Positions 1 through 9,900 of a DNA stretch of 64,000 nt are shown in pieces. This stretch comes from Bryobacteraceae bacterium (GTDB lineage: Bacteria > Acidobacteriota > Terriglobia > Bryobacterales > Bryobacteraceae). The DNA is taken from assembly GCA_049509915.1 (NCBI GenBank), contig JBEKZL010000014.1, positions 2,587 to 66,586 on the forward strand, read 5' to 3'. The first letter of the stretch is position 1. Each line of letters begins with the position of its first letter. The notes beneath the pieces are model-generated. The model was not told the origin of the DNA and ran no database searches. It worked only from the letters and a program-made list of their open reading frames with translations. The translations under genes were made by a program, and so were the position numbers.

Positions 1-1278
1 GAGGTCGCCTCGCACCTGGCCGACACGGTGGTGCTCGGGACGGGCGGTTACGGCAACGTATACTACCTGTCCACCAACGCCAAAGGCTCGAACGCGACCG
101 CGATCTGGCGGGCTCACAAGCGGGGCGCGCTGTTTGCCAACCCCTGCTTCACCCAGATTCACCCCACCTGCATTCCAGTTTCGGGCGAATATCAATCCAA
201 ACTGACGCTGATGAGCGAATCGCTGCGCAACGACGGGCGGGTGTGGGTGCCGCTCAAGAAGGGCGATACGCGTCCGCCCAGCCAGATACCGGAGGCGGAG
301 CGCGATTACTACCTGGAGCGCCGCTATCCGAGTTTCGGCAACCTGGTGCCGCGCGACGTGGCCTCGCGCAACTCCAAGGTGGTTTGCGACGAAGGCAGGG
401 GCGTGGGCGAGACGGGCCTGGCGGTCTATCTGGATTTCCGCGATGCCATTCAGCGGCTGGGCCGGCACGTGATTGAGGAGCGCTACGGCAACCTGTTCGA
501 GATGTACGAGCGCATCACCGGCGAGGACCCCTACCAGGGGCCGATGCGCATCTATCCGGCGATTCATTACACCATGGGCGGCCTGTGGGTGGACTACAAC
601 CTGATGACCACGATCCCCGGGTTGTATGCCATCGGCGAAGCCAACTTTTCCGATCACGGTGCCAACCGCCTGGGGGCGAGCGCGCTGATGCAGGGGCTGG
701 CGGACGGCTATTTCGTGCTGCCGAACACGATCAACGACTACATCGCTTCGACGAAGCTGGAAAAGGTGGACGGCAGCCATGGGGCGGCGGCCGAGGCCGA
801 AGCTTCGGTGCAGGCGACGACCAGGAGACTGCTGGAGGCGAAGGGGACGCGCTCGGTCGACAGCTTCCATCGCGAATTGGGCAGGCTGATGTGGGAGCAC
901 TGCGGCATGTCGCGGACGGCCGAGGGCCTGAAAGTGGCGTTAGGGAGCATTCGCGAGTTGCGCGAGCAATACTGGCGCGAAGTGAAGGTGCTGGGGACGG
1001 ACGAGGGCTTGAACCAGTCGCTCGAAAAGGCCGGCAGAGTGGCGGATTTCTTCGAACTGGCCGAGCTGATGTGCCTGGACGCGCTGGAGCGAAACGAATC
1101 GTGCGGTGGCCACTTCCGGGAGGAATACCAGACGCCGGAAGGCGAGGCGGCGCGCGACGACGAACATTTCAGTTATGCGGCGGCGTGGGGGTTCCGCGGC
1201 GTGGGCAATGCGCCCGAACTGCACAAGGAAGACCTGACATTCGAGTACGTGCATCCCACCCAGCGGAGCTACAAGTAA
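1..1278 (+). CDS. sdhA: succinate dehydrogenase/fumarate reductase flavoprotein subunit, C-terminal ~425 aa (5' end lies outside the window)
   Basis: Frame 1 is open from base 1. The translation carries [10 protein letters not shown] and [18 protein letters not shown] plus the C-terminal helical domain. The stop overlaps the start of the Fe-S subunit gene (TAATG). Confidence 0.9.
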   Translation, partial: EVASHLADTVVLGTGGYGNVYYLSTNAKGSNATAIWRAHKRGALFANPCFTQIHPTCIPVSGEYQSKLTLMSESLRNDGRVWVPLKKGDTRPPSQIPEAERDYYLERRYPSFGNLVPRDVASRNSKVVCDEGRGVGETGLAVYLDFRDAIQRLGRHVIEERYGNLFEMYERITGEDPYQGPMRIYPAIHYTMGGLWVDYNLMTTIPGLYAIGEANFSDHGANRLGASALMQGLADGYFVLPNTINDYIASTKLEKVDGSHGAAAEAEASVQATTRRLLEAKGTRSVDSFHRELGRLMWEHCGMSRTAEGLKVALGSIRELREQYWREVKVLGTDEGLNQSLEKAGRVADFFELAELMCLDALERNESCGGHFREEYQTPEGEAARDDEHFSYAAAWGFRGVGNAPELHKEDLTFEYVHPTQRSYK

Positions 1279-2036
1279 TGCGAATCACTCTCCATATCTG
1301 GCGCCAGGAGAACGCGGCCGCGAAAGGCCGGATGGTGCGCTACGAAGTGCCCAACGTGAACGAGCACATGTCGTTCCTCGAGATGCTGGACGTGCTGAAC
1401 GAGGAACTGATCGCCAAGGGCGAGGAGCCGGTGGCGTTCGATCACGATTGCCGCGAGGGCATTTGCGGCATGTGCGGGGCCATGGTGAACGGCGTGGCGC
1501 ATGGGCCGCTGGCGGCAACCACGCTGTGCCAGTTGCACATGCGGCATTTCAAGGACGGCGACACGCTATACATCGAGCCCTGGCGGGCGCGGGCCTTTCC
1601 GGTAGTGAAAGACCTGGTGGTGGACCGCAGCGCGTTCGACCGGCTGATCGCGGCCGGCGGATTCATCGGCGTTTCCACGGGGAGCGCTCCGGATGGCAAT
1701 GCCGTGCTGGTTCCCAAGGAAAAGGCCGACCTGGCGATGGACGCGGCCGCATGCATCGGCTGCGGCGCATGCGTGGCCATGTGTCCGAACGCTTCGGCGT
1801 CGCTGTTCATGGGCGCCAAGATTGCGCATCTGGGGCTGTTGCCGCAAGGCGATGCGGAGCGCGACCAGCGCGTGGTCGCCATGGTGGCCCAGGCCAATGC
1901 TGAGTTGTTTGGAAGCTGCACCAACATGGCCGAGTGCGAAGCGGTCTGCCCGAAGGGGATAAAAATCGAAGTGATCGCGCGCATGAACCGGGACTTTCTC
2001 GGGGCCAAATGGGGCGGGCGAGCGACGACGAAATAA
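1278..2036 (+). CDS. sdhB: succinate dehydrogenase/fumarate reductase iron-sulfur subunit
   Basis: Starts [10 protein letters not shown]. Cys clusters are [22 protein letters not shown] and [12 protein letters not shown]. The start is the ATG at 1278 overlapping the sdhA stop. The 585..1277 part of the 483-aa track ORF is a run-on inside sdhA. Confidence 0.9.
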   Translation: MRITLHIWRQENAAAKGRMVRYEVPNVNEHMSFLEMLDVLNEELIAKGEEPVAFDHDCREGICGMCGAMVNGVAHGPLAATTLCQLHMRHFKDGDTLYIEPWRARAFPVVKDLVVDRSAFDRLIAAGGFIGVSTGSAPDGNAVLVPKEKADLAMDAAACIGCGACVAMCPNASASLFMGAKIAHLGLLPQGDAERDQRVVAMVAQANAELFGSCTNMAECEAVCPKGIKIEVIARMNRDFLGAKWGGRATTK

Positions 2037-2041
2037 GGCGC

Positions 2042-2174
2042 GGGACAGACCATCGCTTTCTGTGGTCTGTCGAACTCTCGCCACCTCGTAACAGGCTGAC
2101 AGACGACCAACAAACGATCGTCTGTCCCACGATGCCAATTGCGGGGCAGACCACGAGCCACGATGATCTGCCCC
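2042..2174. repeat. three consecutive GC-rich stem-loops between convergent genes (possible bidirectional terminators, no U-tract)
   Basis: Stem-loop 1: GACAGACCA-N10-TGGTCTGTC (2044..2071). Stem-loop 2: GACAGACGA-N11-TCGTCTGTC (2098..2126). Stem-loop 3: GGGGCAGA-N16-TCTGCCCC (2143..2174). The stem of hairpin 1 recurs at 50250..50277. Confidence 0.7.
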
Positions 2175-2185
2175 ACGACAGGCTG

Positions 2186-5100
2186 TCAGTAAATCAGTTT
2201 GAAGGAGAACTGGATCTGCCGCGAGGTGCCGGCGGTGCGGCTGATCATGCCGAAGCCTGTCCCGGCTACGGTATTGGCGGGCAGGCCGAAGTTCACAATG
2301 TTGAACAGGTTGAAGAATTCGGCGCGAAACTGCAGGGTGCCGAGTTCCGCCGACCCTCGCTTGCCGACCGGTGTGTCCTTGATCAGGGCGACGTCCGCAT
2401 TGTGGAACCCCGGGCCGCGAAGCGTGTTTCGGCCCAGCGTGCCGAAGCGCCCGCGGTTCGGTCCGGTGCCGCCGGGCACATCGATCGGAACGTGGAAAAG
2501 GGACGCGTTAGCGGCTCCAAGCCCGAAATAGTCTTCGCGTACAGTACGGCTGATGGAGAGGTCGGGGATTCCGATCTGATCGGGCCGGTCGGTACCGCCC
2601 GCCCCAACTCCGGTTTGTTGAACCCCGGAGTAGACGGTAAAGGGCAGGCCGGTCATCAGCGTCCCCATGCCCAGCAATTGCCAGCCGCCGGTAAGGGTCT
2701 TGCCTAAAGGCCGCAGCGGGCGAATCGAATCCACATGCAGATCCTGGAACAGGCTGAAGGTGAACGCCTGCCGGATATCGAACCCGGACGGCCCTTTGTC
2801 CACGCCCGGATCGAAGGGATTCATGGGCGTGGTTTGAGCAACGGCGCCGGAAGAGCCGGTGATGAAACCGCCCAATACGGCGCTGGAGTCGTCGATGGAT
2901 TTCGAGTACGTGTAGCTGGTTTGAAAGCCCAGTCCGGACGCCGTCAGGCTATTGCTCGCGGACAGTTGCAGGGCGTGGTAGGTGGAATGGGAACGATTGG
3001 TGATCTCGGCGACCGGCCCGTAGCCACCGGTGACGCTGCCCGACGAATCGAACTGCGTGTAGGGCGCAAAGGCAGCATCCGCGCCGGTGTAACCGTTGGG
3101 GAAATCCATGGCTGGCAGTTTGATCCCCGCGGTTCCCACGTAAGAGCCATCGAGGATGACGCCGCGGACTTTGCGCTCGATCCCCGCCGTCCATGTGCCG
3201 ACGTAGCCACCGCTGAAGTTGGGCGCGATACCGGATACGGCGAGCGGCGTGATCTGATGATCCGGTGAAAGCGCCGCCAGATCCTGCTCGAAGCGGAGCA
3301 CATCCATGGGAGTGTTCGGGGCCACCTGTTTCGAATCGCCCGAGGGGAAAACCAGTTTCCCGTCCGGGGTGTACACGGCGGGCAGTTGCTGCGGCGTTAT
3401 GGTCATGCCGTAGCGAATGGATTGGTCGGGCGCCGCGGTGAGGCGCGGATACAATACAAACGGTGTGCTGCCGGTGAGCGAGTTGTCCTGCCAGAGATTG
3501 ACCAGCAGGGTGGTAATGGCGCCGCCCGCGTGCACAGTGGTGTTAGCGGCGACGCGGCCGTCGAGCGAAATCCGCGGACCCCAACCGTTCTTGTCGAGCT
3601 TGTATCCCGGCTGGGGATTGACGATCAATTCCGATCCGGGTGGCCCCGTTCCGCCCGACAGCACCGGCGCGGACGTGCGTTTATCCTCCTCGCGGATGGG
3701 CGAAGTGATCTCGTAGCGCAGACCGTAGTTGAGCGTTACCCGGCCATTGACCTTCCAACTGTCCTCGGCATACGTATTGTACGCATCGCGGTGGATGGCC
3801 GAATTGCCAATCGAGTTCCCTTGCGCAAACATCGGCGGTGCAACCGCGATGGAATAGGCGAAAGCGCTGGCGGTGAGCAACCCGGTCAAGGTATCGGGCA
3901 GAGGGTCTCCCACCTGAATATTGTGCCCGCCGCTGAGGGAGGGTATTGCGACAGGCGAATACGCTACGCCTCCGCCAAACTGGTACTGGCCGTTCGGAGT
4001 TATCCCGAAAAGGGTAGTATCGCGATTGGAGCGAACCTCGCCGCCGGCCTTAATGGTGTGCTTTCCGCGCTTCCAGGTGAAGTTCGCGCGCGCCTGGAAA
4101 AGATTGCCGTAGGCGGCCATGACGGAACCACCGGCGGCGTTGAAGGCTTCGTAGAGTCCGTCGCCGAATACCAGCGCGGAGTCGGTGCGATCCGGCGCCG
4201 GGAACGAAGGCGTGGCGCGCGTGAATCCGATGGAGTACTCCTGGGTAGATGTGGCGGATGGCGTGCGCGTCAGCGTAAGGACGCCGTTGCGCTGGCGATC
4301 CACGAATCCGACGGCGAATTCCGGCGAGATAGCGGTCTGGCTGGGGTTGGTGTCCGGGCCGGTGTTGTCGGCCATCGTGAATCGTCCGAACAACTTCGTT
4401 TTGTCGGATAGATTGTGATCGATGCGGCTGGAGAACTGATCGGCAACCGTGGTCACCTTCGATGAGCCCGCCCAGGTGCGCGCGCCGTAGGGGCCCTCGG
4501 CGTCGTTCGGCAGAGGGTAGCGCGCCAGTATCTTCGCGATGCGCGGATCCACAGGTACAATCAGCGTGTCGCCGGGGAATGCCGTGGTGTCGAAACCCTG
4601 GCGTTCGGCGGCGGAGGGAAGGGGCAGCACCTCGGTGACGCTGAGTACCTGACGGAACCCCTGATACTCGGCAAAGTAAAAGGTCCGGTTGCGGCCATTA
4701 TAGAGGTGGGGGATTACTACGGGGCCGCCGCTAGTGAGGCCGAATTCGTTGCGGATGAAGGGCGGAATGCGTTGGGGGCTGGCGACCGTGCGGTAGTCGA
4801 AGAAGTTGCGCGCATCGAGGGCGGCATTGCGCAGAAACTCGAACACCGAGCCATGCACGGAATTGGTTCCCGACTTGGTGATAATGTCGGTGAAGCCGGC
4901 CGCCCCACGTCCGATTTCGGCGGGCATCCACCCCGAGTTGGAGCGAATCTCCTGTACAGCATCGACGTTAAAGTTTGTGAAGGTCGCGCCTCCCATTTCG
5001 GGATCGGAACTGTCGGCGCCGTCCATGGCGAATACGGCCGCGGTGCCACGCTGCCCGTTGACGGCGAACTGCTGGGTGAAATTGGACGCGCCGTTGGTAT

Positions 5101-5635
5101 CGGTCATGGTGCCGGCCGCCAGCAGAAGCAATTGACTGAAGTCGCGCTTGTTCAGCGGCATCGCCGAGACGGCTTTAGCTGACAACTGCTCGCCTCCGGT
5201 GCCCTGGCGCGATCGGGTGCCTGCGAGAAGCGAGACAGTGCCCTCCGCCGATAATTCGATGACGGCCGCGGAGGCGCTGTCCGGCAGTCGGACCGTCCGC
5301 GAGCACGTTGCCGTGGAGCCTTTGTAGTCCACTGCAACCGAGTACTCGCCGGCGGGCAGGCCGGCAAACGTAAACTGGCCGTCGCTGCCAGTGCTGGCCG
5401 CCGCCTTCGTGCCGGCTGCTTCTACGCGGACGACGGCACCGGCCATCGCCGCGCCGCGGGAGTCCCGCAGGGTCCCCCTCCACGAAACCGGGGAGGGCCG
5501 GTCGTCCCCAGCCAGCACGGGAACTGTAATTGCGGCGCAAGCGATCAGGGCGAAAAGCTTTGTGGGCAACACATCAGCATAGCTCACACCACCGGCGCGC
5601 ACTTTTCCGCCGGTTGGCGACCGGGTGCGCGACAT
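2186..5635 (-). CDS. TonB-dependent receptor-like outer-membrane protein with N-terminal carboxypeptidase-regulatory-like domain
   Basis: 1149 aa with a signal-like N-terminus. It has a CarboxypepD_reg-like segment (GAVVRVEAAGT...GQFTFAGLPAGEYSV), a long Gly/Asn/Thr-rich beta-barrel region and a terminal aromatic residue (FKLIY). Confidence 0.85.
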   Translation of the reverse strand: MSRTRSPTGGKVRAGGVSYADVLPTKLFALIACAAITVPVLAGDDRPSPVSWRGTLRDSRGAAMAGAVVRVEAAGTKAAASTGSDGQFTFAGLPAGEYSVAVDYKGSTATCSRTVRLPDSASAAVIELSAEGTVSLLAGTRSRQGTGGEQLSAKAVSAMPLNKRDFSQLLLLAAGTMTDTNGASNFTQQFAVNGQRGTAAVFAMDGADSSDPEMGGATFTNFNVDAVQEIRSNSGWMPAEIGRGAAGFTDIITKSGTNSVHGSVFEFLRNAALDARNFFDYRTVASPQRIPPFIRNEFGLTSGGPVVIPHLYNGRNRTFYFAEYQGFRQVLSVTEVLPLPSAAERQGFDTTAFPGDTLIVPVDPRIAKILARYPLPNDAEGPYGARTWAGSSKVTTVADQFSSRIDHNLSDKTKLFGRFTMADNTGPDTNPSQTAISPEFAVGFVDRQRNGVLTLTRTPSATSTQEYSIGFTRATPSFPAPDRTDSALVFGDGLYEAFNAAGGSVMAAYGNLFQARANFTWKRGKHTIKAGGEVRSNRDTTLFGITPNGQYQFGGGVAYSPVAIPSLSGGHNIQVGDPLPDTLTGLLTASAFAYSIAVAPPMFAQGNSIGNSAIHRDAYNTYAEDSWKVNGRVTLNYGLRYEITSPIREEDKRTSAPVLSGGTGPPGSELIVNPQPGYKLDKNGWGPRISLDGRVAANTTVHAGGAITTLLVNLWQDNSLTGSTPFVLYPRLTAAPDQSIRYGMTITPQQLPAVYTPDGKLVFPSGDSKQVAPNTPMDVLRFEQDLAALSPDHQITPLAVSGIAPNFSGGYVGTWTAGIERKVRGVILDGSYVGTAGIKLPAMDFPNGYTGADAAFAPYTQFDSSGSVTGGYGPVAEITNRSHSTYHALQLSASNSLTASGLGFQTSYTYSKSIDDSSAVLGGFITGSSGAVAQTTPMNPFDPGVDKGPSGFDIRQAFTFSLFQDLHVDSIRPLRPLGKTLTGGWQLLGMGTLMTGLPFTVYSGVQQTGVGAGGTDRPDQIGIPDLSISRTVREDYFGLGAANASLFHVPIDVPGGTGPNRGRFGTLGRNTLRGPGFHNADVALIKDTPVGKRGSAELGTLQFRAEFFNLFNIVNFGLPANTVAGTGFGMISRTAGTSRQIQFSFKLIY

Positions 5636-5683
5636 GAAAGTGAAAGATTGATGGGTCTCCTTGCGGTGTTGCGCATTTCTTAG

Positions 5684-5878
5684 CGTCTAGATACGCTAAG
5701 AATAGGAGCCCTCTATGCCCAATCCATGAAGGGAGACGAGAGCCGCTGCCTGGCCGCCGGGATGGATGCTTATCTGCCCAAGCCAATGCAAGCGGAACAG
5801 CTTTACAACCTGCTTGACACCCTCGGTGCGCAATCGAGTCCCGGCCTGGCGGAGCCGATGTTGGAACTTCAGCACTGA
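5684..5878 (+). pseudogene. relic of the C-terminal end of a response-regulator receiver domain
   Basis: A short open frame reads ...IGALYAQSMKGDESRCLAAGMDAYLPKPMQAEQLYNLLDTL... and ends at the TGA at 5876..5878. This is the alpha4-beta5-alpha5 signature (AGxDxYLxKP). There is no N-terminal acidic pocket or phospho-Asp region upstream. Confidence 0.5.
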
Positions 5879-6355
5879 CGCCGGCGCCACGGCCTTCAGC
5901 GACCCGGGCTTTCGCGAGCGCCCCCAAGGGACGACGACAACCTCGCACTGATGCGCTGTCCGCGTGGCGCCTCGACATCGCTGCTGGAAAGCTGTGAGAC
6001 TCGGTATCTGGAAGAGGTCGTCCGGCGAACCGCCGCCGCCGCAATGCGGACAGCGCTCCGGCAGGGGCACCGCGATCTGTTCATCCACCCCGCCGGGATG
6101 GGACGGCACGCCTGCCGGCCGTACCGGCAGCCCGCTTTGCGGCCGGCCCGCTTTGGGTTGCGTTTGGGTATGCCCGTGAATGCGGCACCGCCTGGCGCTT
6201 GTCAGCGCCGGAACCATTGCCCCGGAATTGTCGCAACCGCGCGTAGGCCTCGGATGCCGCAACCAACTGGAGGCCGGTACGAACAGTTTGAGTAATGCCG
6301 CCGCACGAGCATCGTGAATACCCAGCCCACGGCGGGCACGTTCAGTCCCGCGGAT

Positions 6356-6799
6356 TCAGGCGGCCGCGACGTGCCGGTGCGCGGATTCGTAGCCGCGCAC
6401 CAAATGCACGATCGACAGGTCGAAAAAGCGTCCCACCCGCCGGTCGAGTTCCTCTTCGGCGTACAGTTCCATGCTGTCCTTGGTGAGGGTATGCTCCTCC
6501 ACGAAGTCAAGCAGGACTTGTTTCAGCAGGCACAGATCGCGCACGCATTCGTGCAACGGAACGGCCTGCTCCAATCGGTCTCTACCCACATGCTGCAAGC
6601 GGCGTTGCAGGGTTTCACTGTTTCCCTTGTCCAGCCAGTGAGTCAAGCTTTCCAGCAACTCCTTATGCCATTGCCGTAACCCGGTTAGGATGGCGCCGGT
6701 CTGCGCCATGTCGGGATCGCGACGAATCTGGTCGGCGACACGGTGGATAATTTCTTCTTCGTGCGTCTCCATCAGGTGAACGAGCTTCCCCGAAATCAT
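6356..6799 (-). CDS. hypothetical all-helical protein, possibly an RsbRD-N-like sensor domain
   Basis: 147 aa with a GAGGTG RBS 5 nt upstream of the ATG. The pattern ...GRDRLEQAVPLHECVRDLCLLKQVLLDF... resembles stand-alone RsbR-type N-terminal helical domains. The family call is from memory. Confidence 0.6.
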   Translation of the reverse strand: MISGKLVHLMETHEEEIIHRVADQIRRDPDMAQTGAILTGLRQWHKELLESLTHWLDKGNSETLQRRLQHVGRDRLEQAVPLHECVRDLCLLKQVLLDFVEEHTLTKDSMELYAEEELDRRVGRFFDLSIVHLVRGYESAHRHVAAA

Positions 6800-6910
6800 G
6801 GTTCACCTCATTTCTGCCTGTATAGTACACCCAAAGAATGCCGAATGATAGGGCTTTGAAGAACCTGCGAGCCCCCCCCGGACCGTCCGGCCATGCTACA
6901 ACGGATTTGA

Positions 6911-9900
6911 ATGCCTGTCTCCCCTCCCGAAACTTCAACGCCCGCCCTTTTCCCCGCCCTGCGCGTGGAGGAACTGGCGCGATACATCAACCTGAAACTG
7001 GTGGCTTTGGGGCAGCCTTCGGGCAGCCCCGCCGGGGGCGCCGGTTTTCTGGAACTGGCCCGTCCGCTGCTCCGCAATTACCAACAAAAGGAACAACTGC
7101 TTGCCGGGCGGCTGTGCCCCAGCGACACCCGCATACAGAATTTCCTGGACGGTTACCTGGCCGGCAAGTGTCCGGATGGAGCGCCGCGCCTGCCGTCGTC
7201 GTCCTTCGTGCTCGACCGGCCCGGCCTGGCCAGAATTCTGTCCTTCCCTTCGGACGCGGATAGCTTTCGTTCGCCCTACTTAAGCTCATATCGGGTGGCG
7301 CAGGGGGCGCTCCACAACCCCGCCAGCGACCGGCGCACCACCAAGGGGGTGTTTCACATCGTGGAGGGCGGCCTGCCGGTTCCCGCCGATAAACTGGCGG
7401 TGCCTCAGGCTGCCTTCGCCCGGCTGCTGGCCGAGGCGCTGAATCCGCCGCGCGAAATGCTGGCGCTGCCTTTTACCGCTGGACAGACCGAACAGGCCTA
7501 CGTGTTTCTCTCCCTGCTGCTGCGGCCCAAAGTGTGCCCGGCGATCGGCTGCGAACCCGGCAAGAGCATGGAGACGCGTTTCTTTGCGCCGGCCAGCCTG
7601 GTGAGCAACCTGGATTTCGTGGAAGCGATCTTTGGCAATGCCGGAGATCCCTATCTTCCTGAGAACGATGCCGCGCTGGACGTGCCGCACTGGACCGGCC
7701 ACACCGGATGCGTGATTCTGGCGCCGCACGTGGTGGGCCGGAAAAAGAAAGACCTGGGGCTGCCGCACTACGATCGGGCCAGCGAGCGCCAGCGGCGCGA
7801 CGGCATGTGCTGGCGCGACGAAAACGAAATCTACAACGACGGGCTGCCGTTCAAGATCGTCTGCCGGGACTTTTCCGGCGTGATCGTCACCATTCTGACC
7901 GATAACTACTTCGGCTATTGCAAGAAGGAAGTGAAGAGCCAGATCGGCTTTTCCGCCAATCTGTACGGGCTGGCCGAGGAAGAGCACGCCGGCGGCGCCA
8001 TCGCCTTCCCGTCCTACGTACTGGGACAGGACTTTGCGGCCGATCGCCCGTTTTCGCTGCGCAAGACCTCGTTCGAAGACGCCCTGGCGCTGCTGGACGG
8101 GCTGGTGGAACGCAAGCCGGAGGGCTACGCGCTGGACCGCGCCGACCCCGGCATTTTCTATGTTCCCGAGCATGCCCGATTCAGCGTGCGCGAGGGCACG
8201 GTGAGCTGGTCGGGCGGCGGCGGCGAGCAACGGATTACGCTGCTGCCGGAACATGTCTACGTGCTCCCTTCCGGGTACAAAGTGCGGCTCGAAAAACAGT
8301 ATCGCGGCACGGCCTGGCGGCTGGTGGGCTCGGTGCCGCACGGCACGCTTTGCCATAAGCCCTGCACGGTATCCGGCGGCGGCAAGTCCGAGATTTCGAA
8401 ATCCATTTTGAACATGGTGCTGCACGGGCCGGTGTTTGTGAGGGATTACTTCCACGATTTCGAAGAAGTGGCGCGGATATTGGAGCGGGATTTTTCCCGG
8501 ATCCACAAGGGCGCCCAACCGCAGGCAGGGACCGGGCGGCCCATCCTGGGGCCGGAGCGGTCGCTTGGCTCGGTGATCAAGCTGCTCACGCCTTCGGCGG
8601 ACTACACCGACGAATACAATGAGTGGCTGCGGAAGCTGCCGCAGACCATCCGCCAGTTGATCTTCACCGTGAAGCGCTACTACCGTCCCGAGTGGGGCGC
8701 CGATTGGCGGGAGCACTTCACCGTGGACCGCATTAACGGGTATCTGGGCCACGAGCTGAAGTATGAAAGCCAGAAGCTGGTGGGAAATTACCTGCGGGTG
8801 GGGTTCGATCCGGAAGGCTCCTGGCGCATTTACAAACTGCGGCCGGACTTTCGGCCGGCGGAGAAGGTGCAGGTGGAAGACGACATCACGGCTTCGGCGG
8901 TGGTGCCGCGCGCCCGCGTGCCGCACTTCGACGCCAAGTATCCGCACCCCAGTTTGAAGCTGGTCGAAAACTGCGAAGCCTACCTGTTCCAGCGGCCGGA
9001 CGACGCCGTCCACCGAGGTTTCGACGCGCAAGCCGAAGCCGACATCGCTACCCCGGGAACGTTTCTTTCCAACTTCCAGCCGCTCGGCGTGGCCGAGGCG
9101 CGCTCGCTGGTGGAACACGTGGTGGAATTCGATCAATACACCGCGCCGATGCAGGAATTGCTTCGTAACTTCGTGGCGAATTCCACCCACGGATACGTGG
9201 TTTCGTCCGCCCACGCGCGCCTGGTGGATGGCAAGCCGTCGAAGAATCCCCGGTATCTCGAGCGGCGTCCCGACCTGGTGGACCGGCGCGGCGCACACCT
9301 GGCGCAAATGTGCGCGCGCCTCGACCGAGCCATTCCAGCGGGCGAGCCGGTTCAGTTTCCGGTGAACGCGGTGCTGGCCGGACGGCGCGGCAATCCTGCC
9401 GACGCTTCCATCGGGCTGCCTCCGCTGGCGGTCTACAATCCCATTCACTATCAGGAATTGCCCGAGCTGTTCATGGATTTCGTGGCCAGCCTGACGGGCA
9501 AGTCGCCCTCCACAACCGGCTTCGGCAGCGAGGGGGCGCTCACCAAGGGCCCGTTCAACGCCTTGTGGCCGGTGGTCGATCTGAACAATGCCCTGGTGGG
9601 CTTCATCCTGACGGGCTATGCCGGCTTCACCACGGCCGCCGGTTGGGTGGGGCCGCACTACCGGGTGGACCACGACATCAGCATGCTGGTGCCGGAAGTT
9701 TGGTGCCGCATCCGGGTGGAGGAGCGCGAGCCGCGGTTTCTAATCGAAAACGGATACCTGGAGAAGGTGGAAGATTTCGATTACCAGGGCCGCACGGTGC
9801 GCGCCAGCCGTCTAGGCTACCGCATTACCGACGCCTTCGCCGAGCGCTTCCTGGGACGCATCTTCGAAACCCCCAACGAAGTGTTTACCGAAGAGATGGT

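Noticed and set aside
585-1277. Upstream 230 codons of the 483-aa track ORF that contains sdhB
   Set aside because: This part lies inside sdhA in another frame and is Gly/Arg-rich. sdhB sense begins only at the ATG at 1278, which overlaps the sdhA stop.
5696-6262. 188-aa minus-strand ORF, and the overlapping ORFs at 5574..6044, 5951..6295 and 6202..6510
   Set aside because: None has coherent protein sense over its length. At most they are fragments of a degenerate Zn-finger/IS-like region, which is reported as a low-confidence finding rather than as a gene.
8799-8812. GGGGTTCGATCCGG, a tRNA T-arm-like motif
   Set aside because: It lies in frame inside a long coding ORF (…RVGFDPEG…). No acceptor or anticodon stems can be drawn around it. 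No tRNA, rRNA or tmRNA was found elsewhere in the window.
7286-9673. 795-aa ORF on the minus strand
   Set aside because: It is entirely antisense to the 1147-aa gene. The translation is Arg/Gly/His/Pro-rich with no domain sense. This is the typical shadow ORF of high-GC DNA.
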